From IMG/VR virus record IMGVR_UViG_3300022920_000542, positions 1 to 61,145 of that record: a DNA stretch of 61,145 nt. One strand, given 5' to 3'. The stretch is from a virus (Duplodnaviria > Caudoviricetes). This document shows, piece by piece, positions 51,074 through 60,540 of the stretch (positions are counted from its first letter, which is position 1; every line of letters starts with the position of its first letter). The position numbers were made by a program, and so were the translations under genes. The notes under the pieces are model-generated. The model was not told where the DNA came from, searched no databases, and saw only the letters and a program-made list of their open reading frames with translations.

Positions 51074-51829
51074 ATGTCAAGAAAAAAAACAAAAACTGTA
51101 AATAAGAATCTACTTGCAAATGCTCACATAGAAGAAGAAATGCAGGAAAACCAACTAACTCCTCTTAGAAAACTTAAAATAAAATTAAATAAAAAGTTTA
51201 CTAAAAAGCAAGAAGAGTTAAACAAGATTGCATTGGAAAAGGATACGAAACTTATATTCATTGACGGTCCTGCAGGTACGGCAAAAACATGGTTGAGTGT
51301 TTATTGTGGGTTGGAATTATTTCAGAACCAACAAATAGAAGAAATGATATATGTTAGAAGTGCTGTGGAAAGTTCTGATCAAAAACTTGGATTTCTTCCA
51401 GGAGCACAAGACGATAAAATGGCTCCCTACTTAGAACCATTTAAAGATAAACTAGAAGAACTTCTGAACCCCATTGACATAAAATACTTACAAGAAGAAG
51501 AACGTATATACGGTATACCTGTAGGATTTCTCCGAGGAGCTAGTTGGGAGAATAAATTCATACTTGTAGATGAAGCACAAAATTTATCAGAAAAAGAAAT
51601 GATTACCATAATGACACGTATAGGTGAAAACTGTAAAGTATTCATATGTGGTGATGTCATGCAGAGTGATATTGGTAATCGTAGTGGGTTTAATAGTATA
51701 CTCAACTTATTTGAAGATGATGCCTCAAAAAAACAAGGAATTCACACATATAAATTCACAGAAGAAGATATTGTGAGAAGCAAATTGGTAAAATTTATAA
51801 TTACTAAGTTAAAAAGTTTACCAAAATAA
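51074..51829 (+). CDS. phoH: PhoH-family ATPase
   Basis: GPAGTAKT, RSAVES, LGFLPG, FLRG, DEAQN, TRIG, GD..QSD, DIVRS. Confidence 0.95.
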   Translation: MSRKKTKTVNKNLLANAHIEEEMQENQLTPLRKLKIKLNKKFTKKQEELNKIALEKDTKLIFIDGPAGTAKTWLSVYCGLELFQNQQIEEMIYVRSAVESSDQKLGFLPGAQDDKMAPYLEPFKDKLEELLNPIDIKYLQEEERIYGIPVGFLRGASWENKFILVDEAQNLSEKEMITIMTRIGENCKVFICGDVMQSDIGNRSGFNSILNLFEDDASKKQGIHTYKFTEEDIVRSKLVKFIITKLKSLPK

Positions 51830-51893
51830 TATTTATATATCATAAAACAATATATGTATATTTATAGATTCACATACTTTTAGAAATTTACGC

Positions 51894-53789
51894 ATGGCCA
51901 ACCAAAAAATAACAGACCTAAATAGATTAAACAATCTAGATGCAGACGACCTGTTTATAGTTGTTGACACCGACTCCAAGTCCAACTCAGCGTCCCCAAC
52001 GGGTGAGACCAAGGGAATCTCAGCTGGATCACTTGCAGCGGAGTTAAATAAAATAGCAAATAACGAAGTGGGTATTGACTTTAAGCACCTACGTGATGTA
52101 CCTGATACATACGAAGAAAACAAAGGGGGGTACATAAAGATCAACAACGATGGAACGGGTATAGAGTTCACAGACTCACCTGGTGCATCAGAGCAAGCAT
52201 TTACAGGTTCGTTCCTTGAAGATCGTGTTAACGGCCAACTACAAGAATATCTAATTGGGGATATTTTATATGTATCTAGTAACAATAAGTTTTCTAAAGC
52301 AAGTTGCACTAGTTTAGGTATGTCAGAGGCAGTTGGTATTATACGTAAAATAAAATACACATCAAATTCTACGGACTCAAACAAACTAATAGAAAAAGTA
52401 AGTGTAGTGTTTAATGGATATATAGAATTTGAATGGGATACTAGTGTTTTAGGTGGTCCTATCTCAATAGAGATGAGACCAATTGATCCAGATGATACAT
52501 CAATAACACGTGTGTACGACAACCAATTACTTGAACCTGGAAAAACATATTTTCTAGGAACGACTGGTAGTTTAATGAATCTAGATCCTGCTGAATTGGT
52601 TAGTTTAGACACAACGGTTTCTAAACCAATGTTAGTTGCGACATCAAAAACAACAGGTATACTTATGAACTACCGTGGACTTGTATGTTCATCCGATGAG
52701 CAATCAAATAAGTTTGTAATATACGAATCATCTGCGTGTAATAGTATAAAAACCGGTGATGTTCTTAGGATAAAACGAAATAAAGTACGTACCTCAGTTG
52801 ATAACTTTATAGTGTCCTCTGACTACGATGATTCGTTATTGTCAGAAAATGTACTACCCAATTTTATTGGTAGGGAAAGTGGTACGACTGAATACGCATT
52901 GTGTAACTCAGCATCTCAACAAAAGACAATATCAACTGTAGACAATCAAAATCCACCGATAGAGGATGACAATTATGGATGTGATATGCTCGGAGTTGTA
53001 ATAAACTCAACGAGTGATTTTTTTGAAATACAAACGAGTGGTATGGTAGAATTCATACCACCTGAATATCAATCAAATGAAACAATCACGTTACCAAGTG
53101 GAGACACTCAACCAGTAAATCGTGAAATACAGGATGGTCTCTTTAAAACCGGATATACATATTACATTGAATCATTTCCAATTAATAGTGATCAACTTGC
53201 ATCAACTAATCAAACCACAGAATTAAGAAACTCCGTATACGATTATTCTACTGAAGAACTAAGTGAATACTATACATCAGGTGAAGGTGGTAACTTATCG
53301 GTTCTTGGTCAGAAATTAAAACCCCTATTAAATGGAACTTCTCCATTCAGAAATACAACAAGCATAGACCCATTTGTACGAGACCACACATCCGGAAAAG
53401 TAGTATCATATTCTAAACCAGCGTTTTACGCAGTTTCACCAAATAAAATTTTAATACTAAATCAACCTGCGTATCCCAACCCAAAAGACCGATGTAACGC
53501 AGTTGACCCAACTACATGGACTCCGTGTACTTACGAGGCACGGGATTCGCATAGTTATACAATAAATCGTCCAAGAGAATTTACGGGCCAAACTGAACTT
53601 GAAAAATTCTCAAGTGATTTCCTTAAAATTGCATGGCCTGAAGCAGGAGCAAATGATAGAAGTGTAATAACTTTCATAATTGAATACACCGAAAACAACG
53701 AAGTAGTTACTAGGTTTGAATCACATGAATTAATAAAAATTGACTCCGTGGACGGTTCTAACTGGAACTACGTAAGGAAATTATCATAA
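51894..53789 (+). CDS. putative virion structural protein (fibre/decoration-like)
   Basis: MANQKITDL...DDLFIVVD start; internal repeat of (L/F)..G.TY(F/Y) ... SKP...A(T/V)S; ATATTTATA upstream. Confidence 0.6.
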   Translation: MANQKITDLNRLNNLDADDLFIVVDTDSKSNSASPTGETKGISAGSLAAELNKIANNEVGIDFKHLRDVPDTYEENKGGYIKINNDGTGIEFTDSPGASEQAFTGSFLEDRVNGQLQEYLIGDILYVSSNNKFSKASCTSLGMSEAVGIIRKIKYTSNSTDSNKLIEKVSVVFNGYIEFEWDTSVLGGPISIEMRPIDPDDTSITRVYDNQLLEPGKTYFLGTTGSLMNLDPAELVSLDTTVSKPMLVATSKTTGILMNYRGLVCSSDEQSNKFVIYESSACNSIKTGDVLRIKRNKVRTSVDNFIVSSDYDDSLLSENVLPNFIGRESGTTEYALCNSASQQKTISTVDNQNPPIEDDNYGCDMLGVVINSTSDFFEIQTSGMVEFIPPEYQSNETITLPSGDTQPVNREIQDGLFKTGYTYYIESFPINSDQLASTNQTTELRNSVYDYSTEELSEYYTSGEGGNLSVLGQKLKPLLNGTSPFRNTTSIDPFVRDHTSGKVVSYSKPAFYAVSPNKILILNQPAYPNPKDRCNAVDPTTWTPCTYEARDSHSYTINRPREFTGQTELEKFSSDFLKIAWPEAGANDRSVITFIIEYTENNEVVTRFESHELIKIDSVDGSNWNYVRKLS

Positions 53790-54181
53790 TGGGATCGTTA
53801 TACGACATAGGAAACTTTAGATATAAACACTTTACATTCTTTTCTTGTAAAACAGAAAACACCGATGGGTGTGATGGTTCTCCACCAAACTCAATTGATG
53901 ACACCGGAAACGATGTTGACGAGATTATAGGATTTCTAGATAGAGTCTGGCCACATAAGGGTATATTCATAGGAGATAGTTCAGAAGGAGACTATTGTTT
54001 TGTTACTTATGTAACACAAAGCTCTGAAAAAATAGAAGTTAAGCAAATTTATGTATACAAACGTGTCCGTGCAGTTAATGTATCAGAAAGCACCGCATCG
54101 GCAACCAAGTATATACTACAATGGGAACGTGTAATTGATCCATTAAAATCACTCAAACCGGGTATTACACAAAATATTTAA
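53789..54181 (+). CDS. hypothetical protein, probably structural
   Basis: TAATG overlap; FL.R.WP resembles FL.IAWP at the end of the upstream gene. Confidence 0.55.
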   Translation: MGSLYDIGNFRYKHFTFFSCKTENTDGCDGSPPNSIDDTGNDVDEIIGFLDRVWPHKGIFIGDSSEGDYCFVTYVTQSSEKIEVKQIYVYKRVRAVNVSESTASATKYILQWERVIDPLKSLKPGITQNI

Positions 54182-54193
54182 GGAAAAAAGGTT

Positions 54194-56419
54194 ATGTCAA
54201 ATTCAGCATTCAATATGTCAAAGTGTGGATCAAGTGGAGGTCGTGGTGGTGCGTGTAACCCAAGTGGTTGGGCAACGATACAACCCACAGACGGAAACGA
54301 AATAACAGTCGTATCTGATGACAAGTTAAGAAGTGCACTTAGGGAAATTCACAAAGAGTACTACGGAGACAACAAAGAAGTAGGAGGGTTGAGTTCAGTA
54401 AAAGATCACGTTGACCTTGTTTATGATTGCCCAAAGTCGGGTGACGCAATTTACTTTAACCCAAATAAAAACGGGTGGGACTTGGCATCTGCTGAATTAG
54501 ATAACTCAAATTATTTTGATACAGAGCGGCTTATTGAGTCACTTGCAATAGTAGAAAAAGTGTTAGTTGAATGTAAAGAGGGTGACACGGAAAATAACAG
54601 ACACGAAGCTCGGGTTGTATTTTTCGGAAAAGTCACCTTTCCAGAGGACTCCACTAAGCTACAACCGGGTATCGTTTACTACCTTGCCGACACACTTGCA
54701 CTTTTAAATGAAGCACAAGAAACAAACAGACAATCAGTTACTTCGGGATTAGTAGACACAGGAACATGGAAACGTATTGGATCAAATGTAGTACACTCCA
54801 ACTACGAACCTACAATCAGCAAACCTGTTTTTGTTGCAACGGGTGAACACACGGCAATTGTAACAAACTACAGACCACTCACTGGATCACCAACAGGTGG
54901 ACGGGAGTTATCAGAAGAATACAAAGTTAGAGTTGACCCACATATATATACAGAATCTGACTCGGGTGATATCCTATATACAGGATGGAAAATTAGAGTT
55001 GAAAATACAGGAACTGTTACAAGTAGAAATAACCTAGTTCTTGAAATTGCGTATAACAAACTAGAAGGTTCTCAGGAGAAACGTGACTACGGAGATGGAA
55101 GTGAAGCACACCCAACACTAATTGGAGCAGAAACATATGTCTATCATATAGATATTGGAGTTTTGCACAACGAAGCAGAAGCAAATGTAAAATCTGACGA
55201 TACACTTGTTTCATTTAAAATAATTGATTTTATTCCGTCAGCATTTACAGAAAATACGGGTATAGGGGATGTTAATGTAAAACTTAAAGTAATGACACAA
55301 TCAACTGCAAACATAAGTTTTAGTGATCGTTATAGTGCTCCTGAAGTTTTACTTGCCAACCAAGATGAAATAAAAACAAGCAGACTTGTACCTACATTAG
55401 AGTGGACAGGAAGTTGTGCAGATAATTTACAAAACAACAATGATATTTATGTTAAAGGAAGCACTATATTACCTGCAAACGATGTAGACTATGAAGAAGG
55501 TTCTATATTTGAAGTCAAACTCGTTGACTCAACAACACCTTCGGTTGGTAGTGATGATGTATATGAATTTAAAGTTCCCATGCCATATAACATTGGATTT
55601 AAAATTGACTCCTTGATAGAAAATAGTGAAGGAGACTATGAAAACGATGATCAGTGGACTGATGTAACAGGAACATTCAAGTTAACACTACCCAGTAAAG
55701 AAATGATTGAAATAATTCCAGTTAGTTCGGGTGGACAAACTGTTGTTGAGAAGATATTGAGAATTTCTGCCGTATCTCTTGACGGAAAATCACTACCAGA
55801 TACACACTGGGCAAACCTATACTCTACGAGTCAACTTAAAAATAACAGAGTAGTTTGTTTATCAAACTCATGTTGTATTGATGAGTTTGAACAATTTATA
55901 CCCGAGAACTCTGCAAGCATCGAAAAAAGCATTACTTCAATTCTTACTAATGGAGATTCTCAGTTGTTAAACAATACTGATGGAGCAACATTTTATAGTA
56001 AATCTAATAATGCACAATCATGGCAAGGTTCTAAATCTAGAATTGCAATTTCTTGGAAAAACTTCAGAGAAAATACTGTATTCTGCTATCCTCCTGTGGA
56101 CAACGGAACTGAAGCGTCGTTTATGACGATATACGCAGATGAAGCACGTACAATTGAGTCCATAGAAAACCACGAAAAGACTGATAATGAGTCTACATTC
56201 TACGACCCGAGATATACAATAATGGAAGTTGGTGCTCAGAACACACTAAACGGTCAACTTGTACGGGTCACCGTAAACTCCGGTTCTAAGATTTCAGACG
56301 CACCTGAAACCTGCTTCGTGTTTAAGTTTGTGGGTAGTTTAAAGGGTACACACTTTACCCTCAAAGAATTAAAACACTTTGACCCGTCATACTCCGAACG
56401 ACAAATAAACAAGACATAA
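54194..56419 (+). CDS. putative virion structural protein
   Basis: LQPGIVYYL...ISKPVFVAT.....IV.NYR, homologous to the repeat in 51894..53789; acidic, S/T/N-rich. Confidence 0.6.
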   Translation: MSNSAFNMSKCGSSGGRGGACNPSGWATIQPTDGNEITVVSDDKLRSALREIHKEYYGDNKEVGGLSSVKDHVDLVYDCPKSGDAIYFNPNKNGWDLASAELDNSNYFDTERLIESLAIVEKVLVECKEGDTENNRHEARVVFFGKVTFPEDSTKLQPGIVYYLADTLALLNEAQETNRQSVTSGLVDTGTWKRIGSNVVHSNYEPTISKPVFVATGEHTAIVTNYRPLTGSPTGGRELSEEYKVRVDPHIYTESDSGDILYTGWKIRVENTGTVTSRNNLVLEIAYNKLEGSQEKRDYGDGSEAHPTLIGAETYVYHIDIGVLHNEAEANVKSDDTLVSFKIIDFIPSAFTENTGIGDVNVKLKVMTQSTANISFSDRYSAPEVLLANQDEIKTSRLVPTLEWTGSCADNLQNNNDIYVKGSTILPANDVDYEEGSIFEVKLVDSTTPSVGSDDVYEFKVPMPYNIGFKIDSLIENSEGDYENDDQWTDVTGTFKLTLPSKEMIEIIPVSSGGQTVVEKILRISAVSLDGKSLPDTHWANLYSTSQLKNNRVVCLSNSCCIDEFEQFIPENSASIEKSITSILTNGDSQLLNNTDGATFYSKSNNAQSWQGSKSRIAISWKNFRENTVFCYPPVDNGTEASFMTIYADEARTIESIENHEKTDNESTFYDPRYTIMEVGAQNTLNGQLVRVTVNSGSKISDAPETCFVFKFVGSLKGTHFTLKELKHFDPSYSERQINKT

Positions 56420-56424
56420 CAGGA

Positions 56425-57150
56425 ATGGATATAAGTCTTGTTATACCTATATTTAACTTATGTGAATATAGACTACGAAACCTTGCGTACATCTTACACC
56501 ACATTACTAATTCGGATTTATCTCGCAGTATATATGTGATTGAACAGAAATCAGAAAACAACAAGTCACTTGATATTATTAATAGGTTTCCAAATGTAAA
56601 CCATGTGGTATATGATCTAAAACAAACCAGATTCAATAAGTCAATGTTATTAAATGTATACACCAAAACAACGACATCTGATTATGTCTGGATGTATGAT
56701 GTTGATGTGTTTCTGGATGTGGATTATGTGTTATCGCAAATTCCAACTGACATACAACTAGTTAGACCGTTTGAGTTCATACTTCATTTAAACAAACAAG
56801 AAAGTGATTATTTATTCAAGTCAAATTTAATAAAAACAAAAAAATCTGAAAACAAACTAAATCATGCATTTGGAAAATATAGTTTTATATTAAAAACAAA
56901 CTACTTTAAGCAAATAGGTGGATATGATGAAAGATATGAGGGGTGGGGGTTTCAAGATCTTGATTTAGTTTCAAGACTTCCCAAACAAATATATTCAGGA
57001 TATACAAAAAACATAGCATTTCATTTGTTTCACCCAACTGCGTCACGAGAAAACTACAAAAAAAATAAAGAATTGTTTAGTAAAAAGGGAAATTTTAAAA
57101 AACTTATACCAAAAAAGAAGAAAGTGCTTGATAAAAAAGCAAAACTATAA
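56425..57150 (+). CDS. GT2/GT7-like glycosyltransferase
   Basis: ISLVIP, VIEQ, FNKS..LN, YDVD, IGGYDERYEGWGFQD, HLFH. Confidence 0.85.
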   Translation: MDISLVIPIFNLCEYRLRNLAYILHHITNSDLSRSIYVIEQKSENNKSLDIINRFPNVNHVVYDLKQTRFNKSMLLNVYTKTTTSDYVWMYDVDVFLDVDYVLSQIPTDIQLVRPFEFILHLNKQESDYLFKSNLIKTKKSENKLNHAFGKYSFILKTNYFKQIGGYDERYEGWGFQDLDLVSRLPKQIYSGYTKNIAFHLFHPTASRENYKKNKELFSKKGNFKKLIPKKKKVLDKKAKL

Positions 57151-57156
57151 TATAAT
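57128..57156 (+). promoter_or_regulatory. sigma70-like promoter, near-leaderless
   Basis: TTGATA-17 nt-TATAAT, 8 nt before the ATG at 57165. Confidence 0.65.
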
Positions 57157-57164
57157 TTGGTATT

Positions 57165-57836
57165 ATGAAAAAATATACCGAATCACAACTAGAAGAAAAC
57201 TACAAATCCTTTTTAAAGTTTATTGAAGACACATTCACGGGAGAGAGACAAGAAAAACTACTACATATGTTTGGTACGGACGATGGTTGTCTCGGACTTC
57301 GTGCGTTACTTTCCCCTGCATCCAGTATAGATAGATTTCATAACGCATATGACGGTGGATACATAGACCATATTATGGGTGTATGTAAAACAGTGCGTGG
57401 AGTTAAAGTGTTATTACAAAGCATAGGTGCTCACATAGACTTCACAGATGACGAGATGATGTTCGCAGCTTTTAATCACGACCTTGGTAAGTTGGGTTCT
57501 ATTGATGGGGAGCAATATGTACACAACGAAAGTGAATGGCATCGCAAAAACCAAGGTAAGTTGTATAATATAAATCCAGATATTCACTGGATGTCCGTTA
57601 CAGATAGAACAATTTGGTTACTTCAGCATTTTGAAATTAAAATTACAGAAAAAGAGTTTCTGGGGATAAAATTATCTGACGGAATGTATGATGAATCAAA
57701 TCCACAATATCTAAAGGCATTCTCAAAAGAAGTTGGACTAAAAACCGAACTACCACGTGTAATTCACTGGGCAGATCACATGACCTGTTTGGCAGAAAAA
57801 TCAAATATGGATGACATAATGAAGTTTGAACCATAA
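57165..57836 (+). CDS. HD-domain phosphohydrolase
   Basis: SPAS....HNAY.GGYIDH, NHDLGK, IHWAD. Confidence 0.85.
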   Translation: MKKYTESQLEENYKSFLKFIEDTFTGERQEKLLHMFGTDDGCLGLRALLSPASSIDRFHNAYDGGYIDHIMGVCKTVRGVKVLLQSIGAHIDFTDDEMMFAAFNHDLGKLGSIDGEQYVHNESEWHRKNQGKLYNINPDIHWMSVTDRTIWLLQHFEIKITEKEFLGIKLSDGMYDESNPQYLKAFSKEVGLKTELPRVIHWADHMTCLAEKSNMDDIMKFEP

Positions 57837-57863
57837 TTTTAATTAACTTTATATTTATACACA

Positions 57864-57913
57864 GAACAATGCTCGTATGAGGTTGTTTGACAAATGCCCA
57901 ACATGGGATTTGT
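57864..57913 (+). promoter_or_regulatory. tandem bulged-G hairpins in the hsp20 5' UTR
   Basis: GAACAAT-G-CTC-GTAT-GAG-GTTGTTT and ACAAAT-G-CCC-AACAT-GGG-ATTTGT. Confidence 0.75.
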
Positions 57914-57934
57914 AATTAAAAAAGGAAAAGTAAA

Positions 57935-58432
57935 ATGAAAAACTACGGATTAAATAAGTCCTACGGAACAGGACTAAATAAACACGTTCCAACTATGCGA
58001 GATGAGTTTTTAACTCCATTTGACTCCATATTTGACAAAATGGTCAATCAAGCATTTCCAAATTTTGGTCAAGAATTTGGTGTAAACTTCTTCGGAAACA
58101 GTTCATATCCAAGGGTAAACGTAGCAGACACCAAGACTGAAGTAAGAATTGAGGCAGAAATAGCGGGACTAGGAAAAGATGATGTATCGGTTGAATATGA
58201 AGACGGTATGCTCACAATCTCAGGAGACAAAAAGACTGAAATTGAAGATCCTGATGTAAAATACGTATATCGTGAACTTAAGAGATCCTCCTTCAAGAGA
58301 TCATTTAAAGTTGACGAATCGGTTCTTCATGTTAGTAAAATTACAGCCAAGTTTGATAATGGGATATTAAATGTAACCATACCGAAAAAAGAAGTTATGG
58401 AAACTAAGTCAAAAAAAGTAAAGATAATGTAA
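57935..58432 (+). CDS. hsp20: small heat shock protein (Hsp20/alpha-crystallin)
   Basis: YPRVNV, EIAG..K.DV, LTISG, RE....SF.RSF, AKFDNGIL.V.IPK. Confidence 0.93.
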   Translation: MKNYGLNKSYGTGLNKHVPTMRDEFLTPFDSIFDKMVNQAFPNFGQEFGVNFFGNSSYPRVNVADTKTEVRIEAEIAGLGKDDVSVEYEDGMLTISGDKKTEIEDPDVKYVYRELKRSSFKRSFKVDESVLHVSKITAKFDNGILNVTIPKKEVMETKSKKVKIM

Positions 58433-58454
58433 TATTATCCACAAATTTAACAAC

Positions 58455-58479
58455 AAAAAGGGAGTTACTCCCTTTTTTT
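58455..58479 (+). terminator. rho-independent terminator after hsp20
   Basis: AAAAAGGGAG-TTA-CTCCCTTTTTTT. Confidence 0.75.
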
Positions 58480-58546
58480 ATAATTATATTATATTTATAG
58501 AAAGTACGATGGTCGTATAAAGTTTAATGAGGAGATATATATTATT

Positions 58547-59641
58547 ATGAAAACATTTACAGCAATTATAGGTTTTCTTGCCCTTGCCGTGGCTGGTACA
58601 GCTGCTTTCTTTTCCGTCCGTGGCATCGGTTTGTTATTTGCAGGAGCTGCTATTGCAGCTATGGTAATGGCGGGGGTTTTGGAAGCAGGTAAACTTGCCA
58701 TGACTTCATTTTTATATCGTTATTGGGAACGAATCCCACGATTACTCAAGTGGTATTGTACTGTATCTGTTGTGGTTTTAATCGGAATAACATCACTTGG
58801 TATTTATGGATTTTTGAGTGATGCATACGATGACACCCGATCAAGGGTGGAGATGCACGAAAGCAACATTGAAACTTTAAACAAAGAAATTGTTGTTATT
58901 GAAACTGAGATTAAAACCCTACAGAACACAGATGTAACTGTTGAAGGCAAAAAGACTGAAACAATCACAGGTTTCCAAAAAATTTATGACGATTATGTTG
59001 CGGATAGAAGAGCAAGACAAGATGCTTTATCTTCACGCAATAAATCAGATACCGAAGCAAGAACTACTCGCAGACAACAATTACTTGATCGTCTTTCTGT
59101 ATTAGATTCTGCAAAAACTGCAATAGAGTCTAAGGGTGGTGGGTTGTTTTCAAGTAACAAAAAGAAAATAGAAGAATTAAAAGTTGCTCAACAACCAGAA
59201 CGAGATTCTATCGCATCCTCATTATCATCAATTTCGGAAGAAGAAACGTCCGCAACAAAACGATACAATGATACACTTACAAAAATTGATGACGAGATTT
59301 CGGCAGAATATGATAAATTTGTGGAAAAAGTAAACGGACTACGTGATACAACAAATGATTTAGATAATGTATCTGTTATTGAAGACAAATATACCAAGAT
59401 AAAATCAAATCAAGCAGATATATTAAAAGAAAAAGAAGGAATTCGTGCAACGGATATAGGAAGTTTTCGTTTTATTGCAGAATCATTTAATATGCCAGTT
59501 GATCAAGTTGTTAAGTGGTTTATTATTGTGATCGTTTTAGTATTCGACCCTGTGGCAGTTGCACTTGTGTTAGCATATAACATTATGGTAGGTGGAAAAA
59601 TGACTCTCGGAGAAGAGTTACCGAAAAAAAAAATTGGATAG
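58547..59641 (+). CDS. membrane protein: N-terminal TMs, long coiled coil, C-terminal TM
   Basis: AAFFSV.G..LFAGA, LEAGKL, GIYGFLS.AY; WFIIVIVLVFDPVAVALVLA; GGAG RBS. Ends at TAG just after an A10 run. Confidence 0.85.
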   Translation: MKTFTAIIGFLALAVAGTAAFFSVRGIGLLFAGAAIAAMVMAGVLEAGKLAMTSFLYRYWERIPRLLKWYCTVSVVVLIGITSLGIYGFLSDAYDDTRSRVEMHESNIETLNKEIVVIETEIKTLQNTDVTVEGKKTETITGFQKIYDDYVADRRARQDALSSRNKSDTEARTTRRQQLLDRLSVLDSAKTAIESKGGGLFSSNKKKIEELKVAQQPERDSIASSLSSISEEETSATKRYNDTLTKIDDEISAEYDKFVEKVNGLRDTTNDLDNVSVIEDKYTKIKSNQADILKEKEGIRATDIGSFRFIAESFNMPVDQVVKWFIIVIVLVFDPVAVALVLAYNIMVGGKMTLGEELPKKKIG

Positions 59642-60192
59642 ATAATTTACCATTTGCCGATAAGTTACAAACAGACGGTGACTTTGACGAAGAAATTGTT
59701 GTTATATCAGAAACCCCAACTCCGTCTCCAACTCCAACAGAGACTCCAACTCCGTCTCCTACTCCCGAACCACCAACTCCAACACCGTCTCCTACTCCCG
59801 AACCACCAACTCCAACACCAACTCCTACTCCCGAACCACCAACTCCAACACCAACTCCTACTCCCGAACCACCAACTCCACAACAAACTTCTACACCGAC
59901 TCCACAACAAACTTCTACACCGAAAAAAATAAATTCGGATAAAGACAATGTAATCACGACTGCTATGTATGATAATTCGGAACCCGGTGAAGACGAGAAT
60001 AAAGGTCCTTATTATGTTCCGTGGAAAAAAACATCAATGGATTTATACAATAAAACGAAAGAAACAGATGAAAGTATGTTTGCTAAAAAAAGATACAAAA
60101 CAATGGATGGTTATATACCAGGAAGCACAATCGGAAATGTACCAACTGACGATAAAGCAAAAGAAAAAAAATCCGATAACTCAAAAAATTAA
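59632..60192 (+). CDS. -1 frame extension of 58547..59641: Pro/Thr-repeat linker plus C-terminal tail
   Basis: Stop-free frame NWIDNLPFADK...ETPTPSPTPTETP...AMYDNSEPG...NSKN; first ATG only at 59965. Confidence 0.7.
   Translation, partial: NWIDNLPFADKLQTDGDFDEEIVVISETPTPSPTPTETPTPSPTPEPPTPTPSPTPEPPTPTPTPTPEPPTPTPTPTPEPPTPQQTSTPTPQQTSTPKKINSDKDNVITTAMYDNSEPGEDENKGPYYVPWKKTSMDLYNKTKETDESMFAKKRYKTMDGYIPGSTIGNVPTDDKAKEKKSDNSKN
59758..59922 (+). repeat. coding tandem repeats: about 3.7 x 33 bp, then 2 x 24 bp
   Basis: CCTACTCCCGAACCACCAACTCCAACACC(G/A)(T/A)CT at 59758, 59791, 59824 and partial 59857; ACTCCACAACAAACTTCTACACCG at 59875 and 59899. Confidence 0.9.
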
Positions 60193-60257
60193 AAAATGCT
60201 ATAGATATGTATTTAAAATTTGACAAATAAACTTATTTATGTAATTATTAAATCATT

Positions 60258-60527
60258 ATGTATCAATACGTTACCGAACATTATCTACAACTCGCAATTA
60301 TATTAGTTATATTATTACTCGTATATATCTGTTATAACTTATATAAAAAAGTAAAAATTTACGAGTCGTGGGTTGATCATATAGATGTGCGTATTAAAAA
60401 ACTAAAATCAGATATAAATGAGGTGGATGAACGTGAACTTTTTGAAAAAGACGATGACGTTGGATTTGTGTATGAAAATATCTCCGAATTAATAAAAGAT
60501 GTTGATATAATGACAAATAAAACATAA
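60258..60527 (+). CDS. small membrane-anchored coiled-coil protein
   Basis: N-terminal TM then YNL.KK..IYE...D....FEKDDDVGF. Confidence 0.7.
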   Translation: MYQYVTEHYLQLAIILVILLLVYICYNLYKKVKIYESWVDHIDVRIKKLKSDINEVDERELFEKDDDVGFVYENISELIKDVDIMTNKT

Positions 60528-60540
60528 AAAAGGACAAATT

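Noticed and set aside
51833-52612. 259 aa antisense ORF and similar shadow ORFs (e.g. 14961..15569, 3810..4229, 41954..42382)
   Set aside because: They lie opposite well-supported genes and have no recognisable motifs.
59758-59922. CRISPR array
   Set aside because: Repeats are head-to-tail, multiples of 3, lack unique spacers and encode Pro/Thr. No array was seen elsewhere.
59583-59957. Listed ORFs 59654..59932 (+), 59583..59957 (-) and 59707..59910 (-)
   Set aside because: They are alternative-frame shadows of the repeat. The Pro/Thr frame continuous with 59965..60192 is the plausible one.
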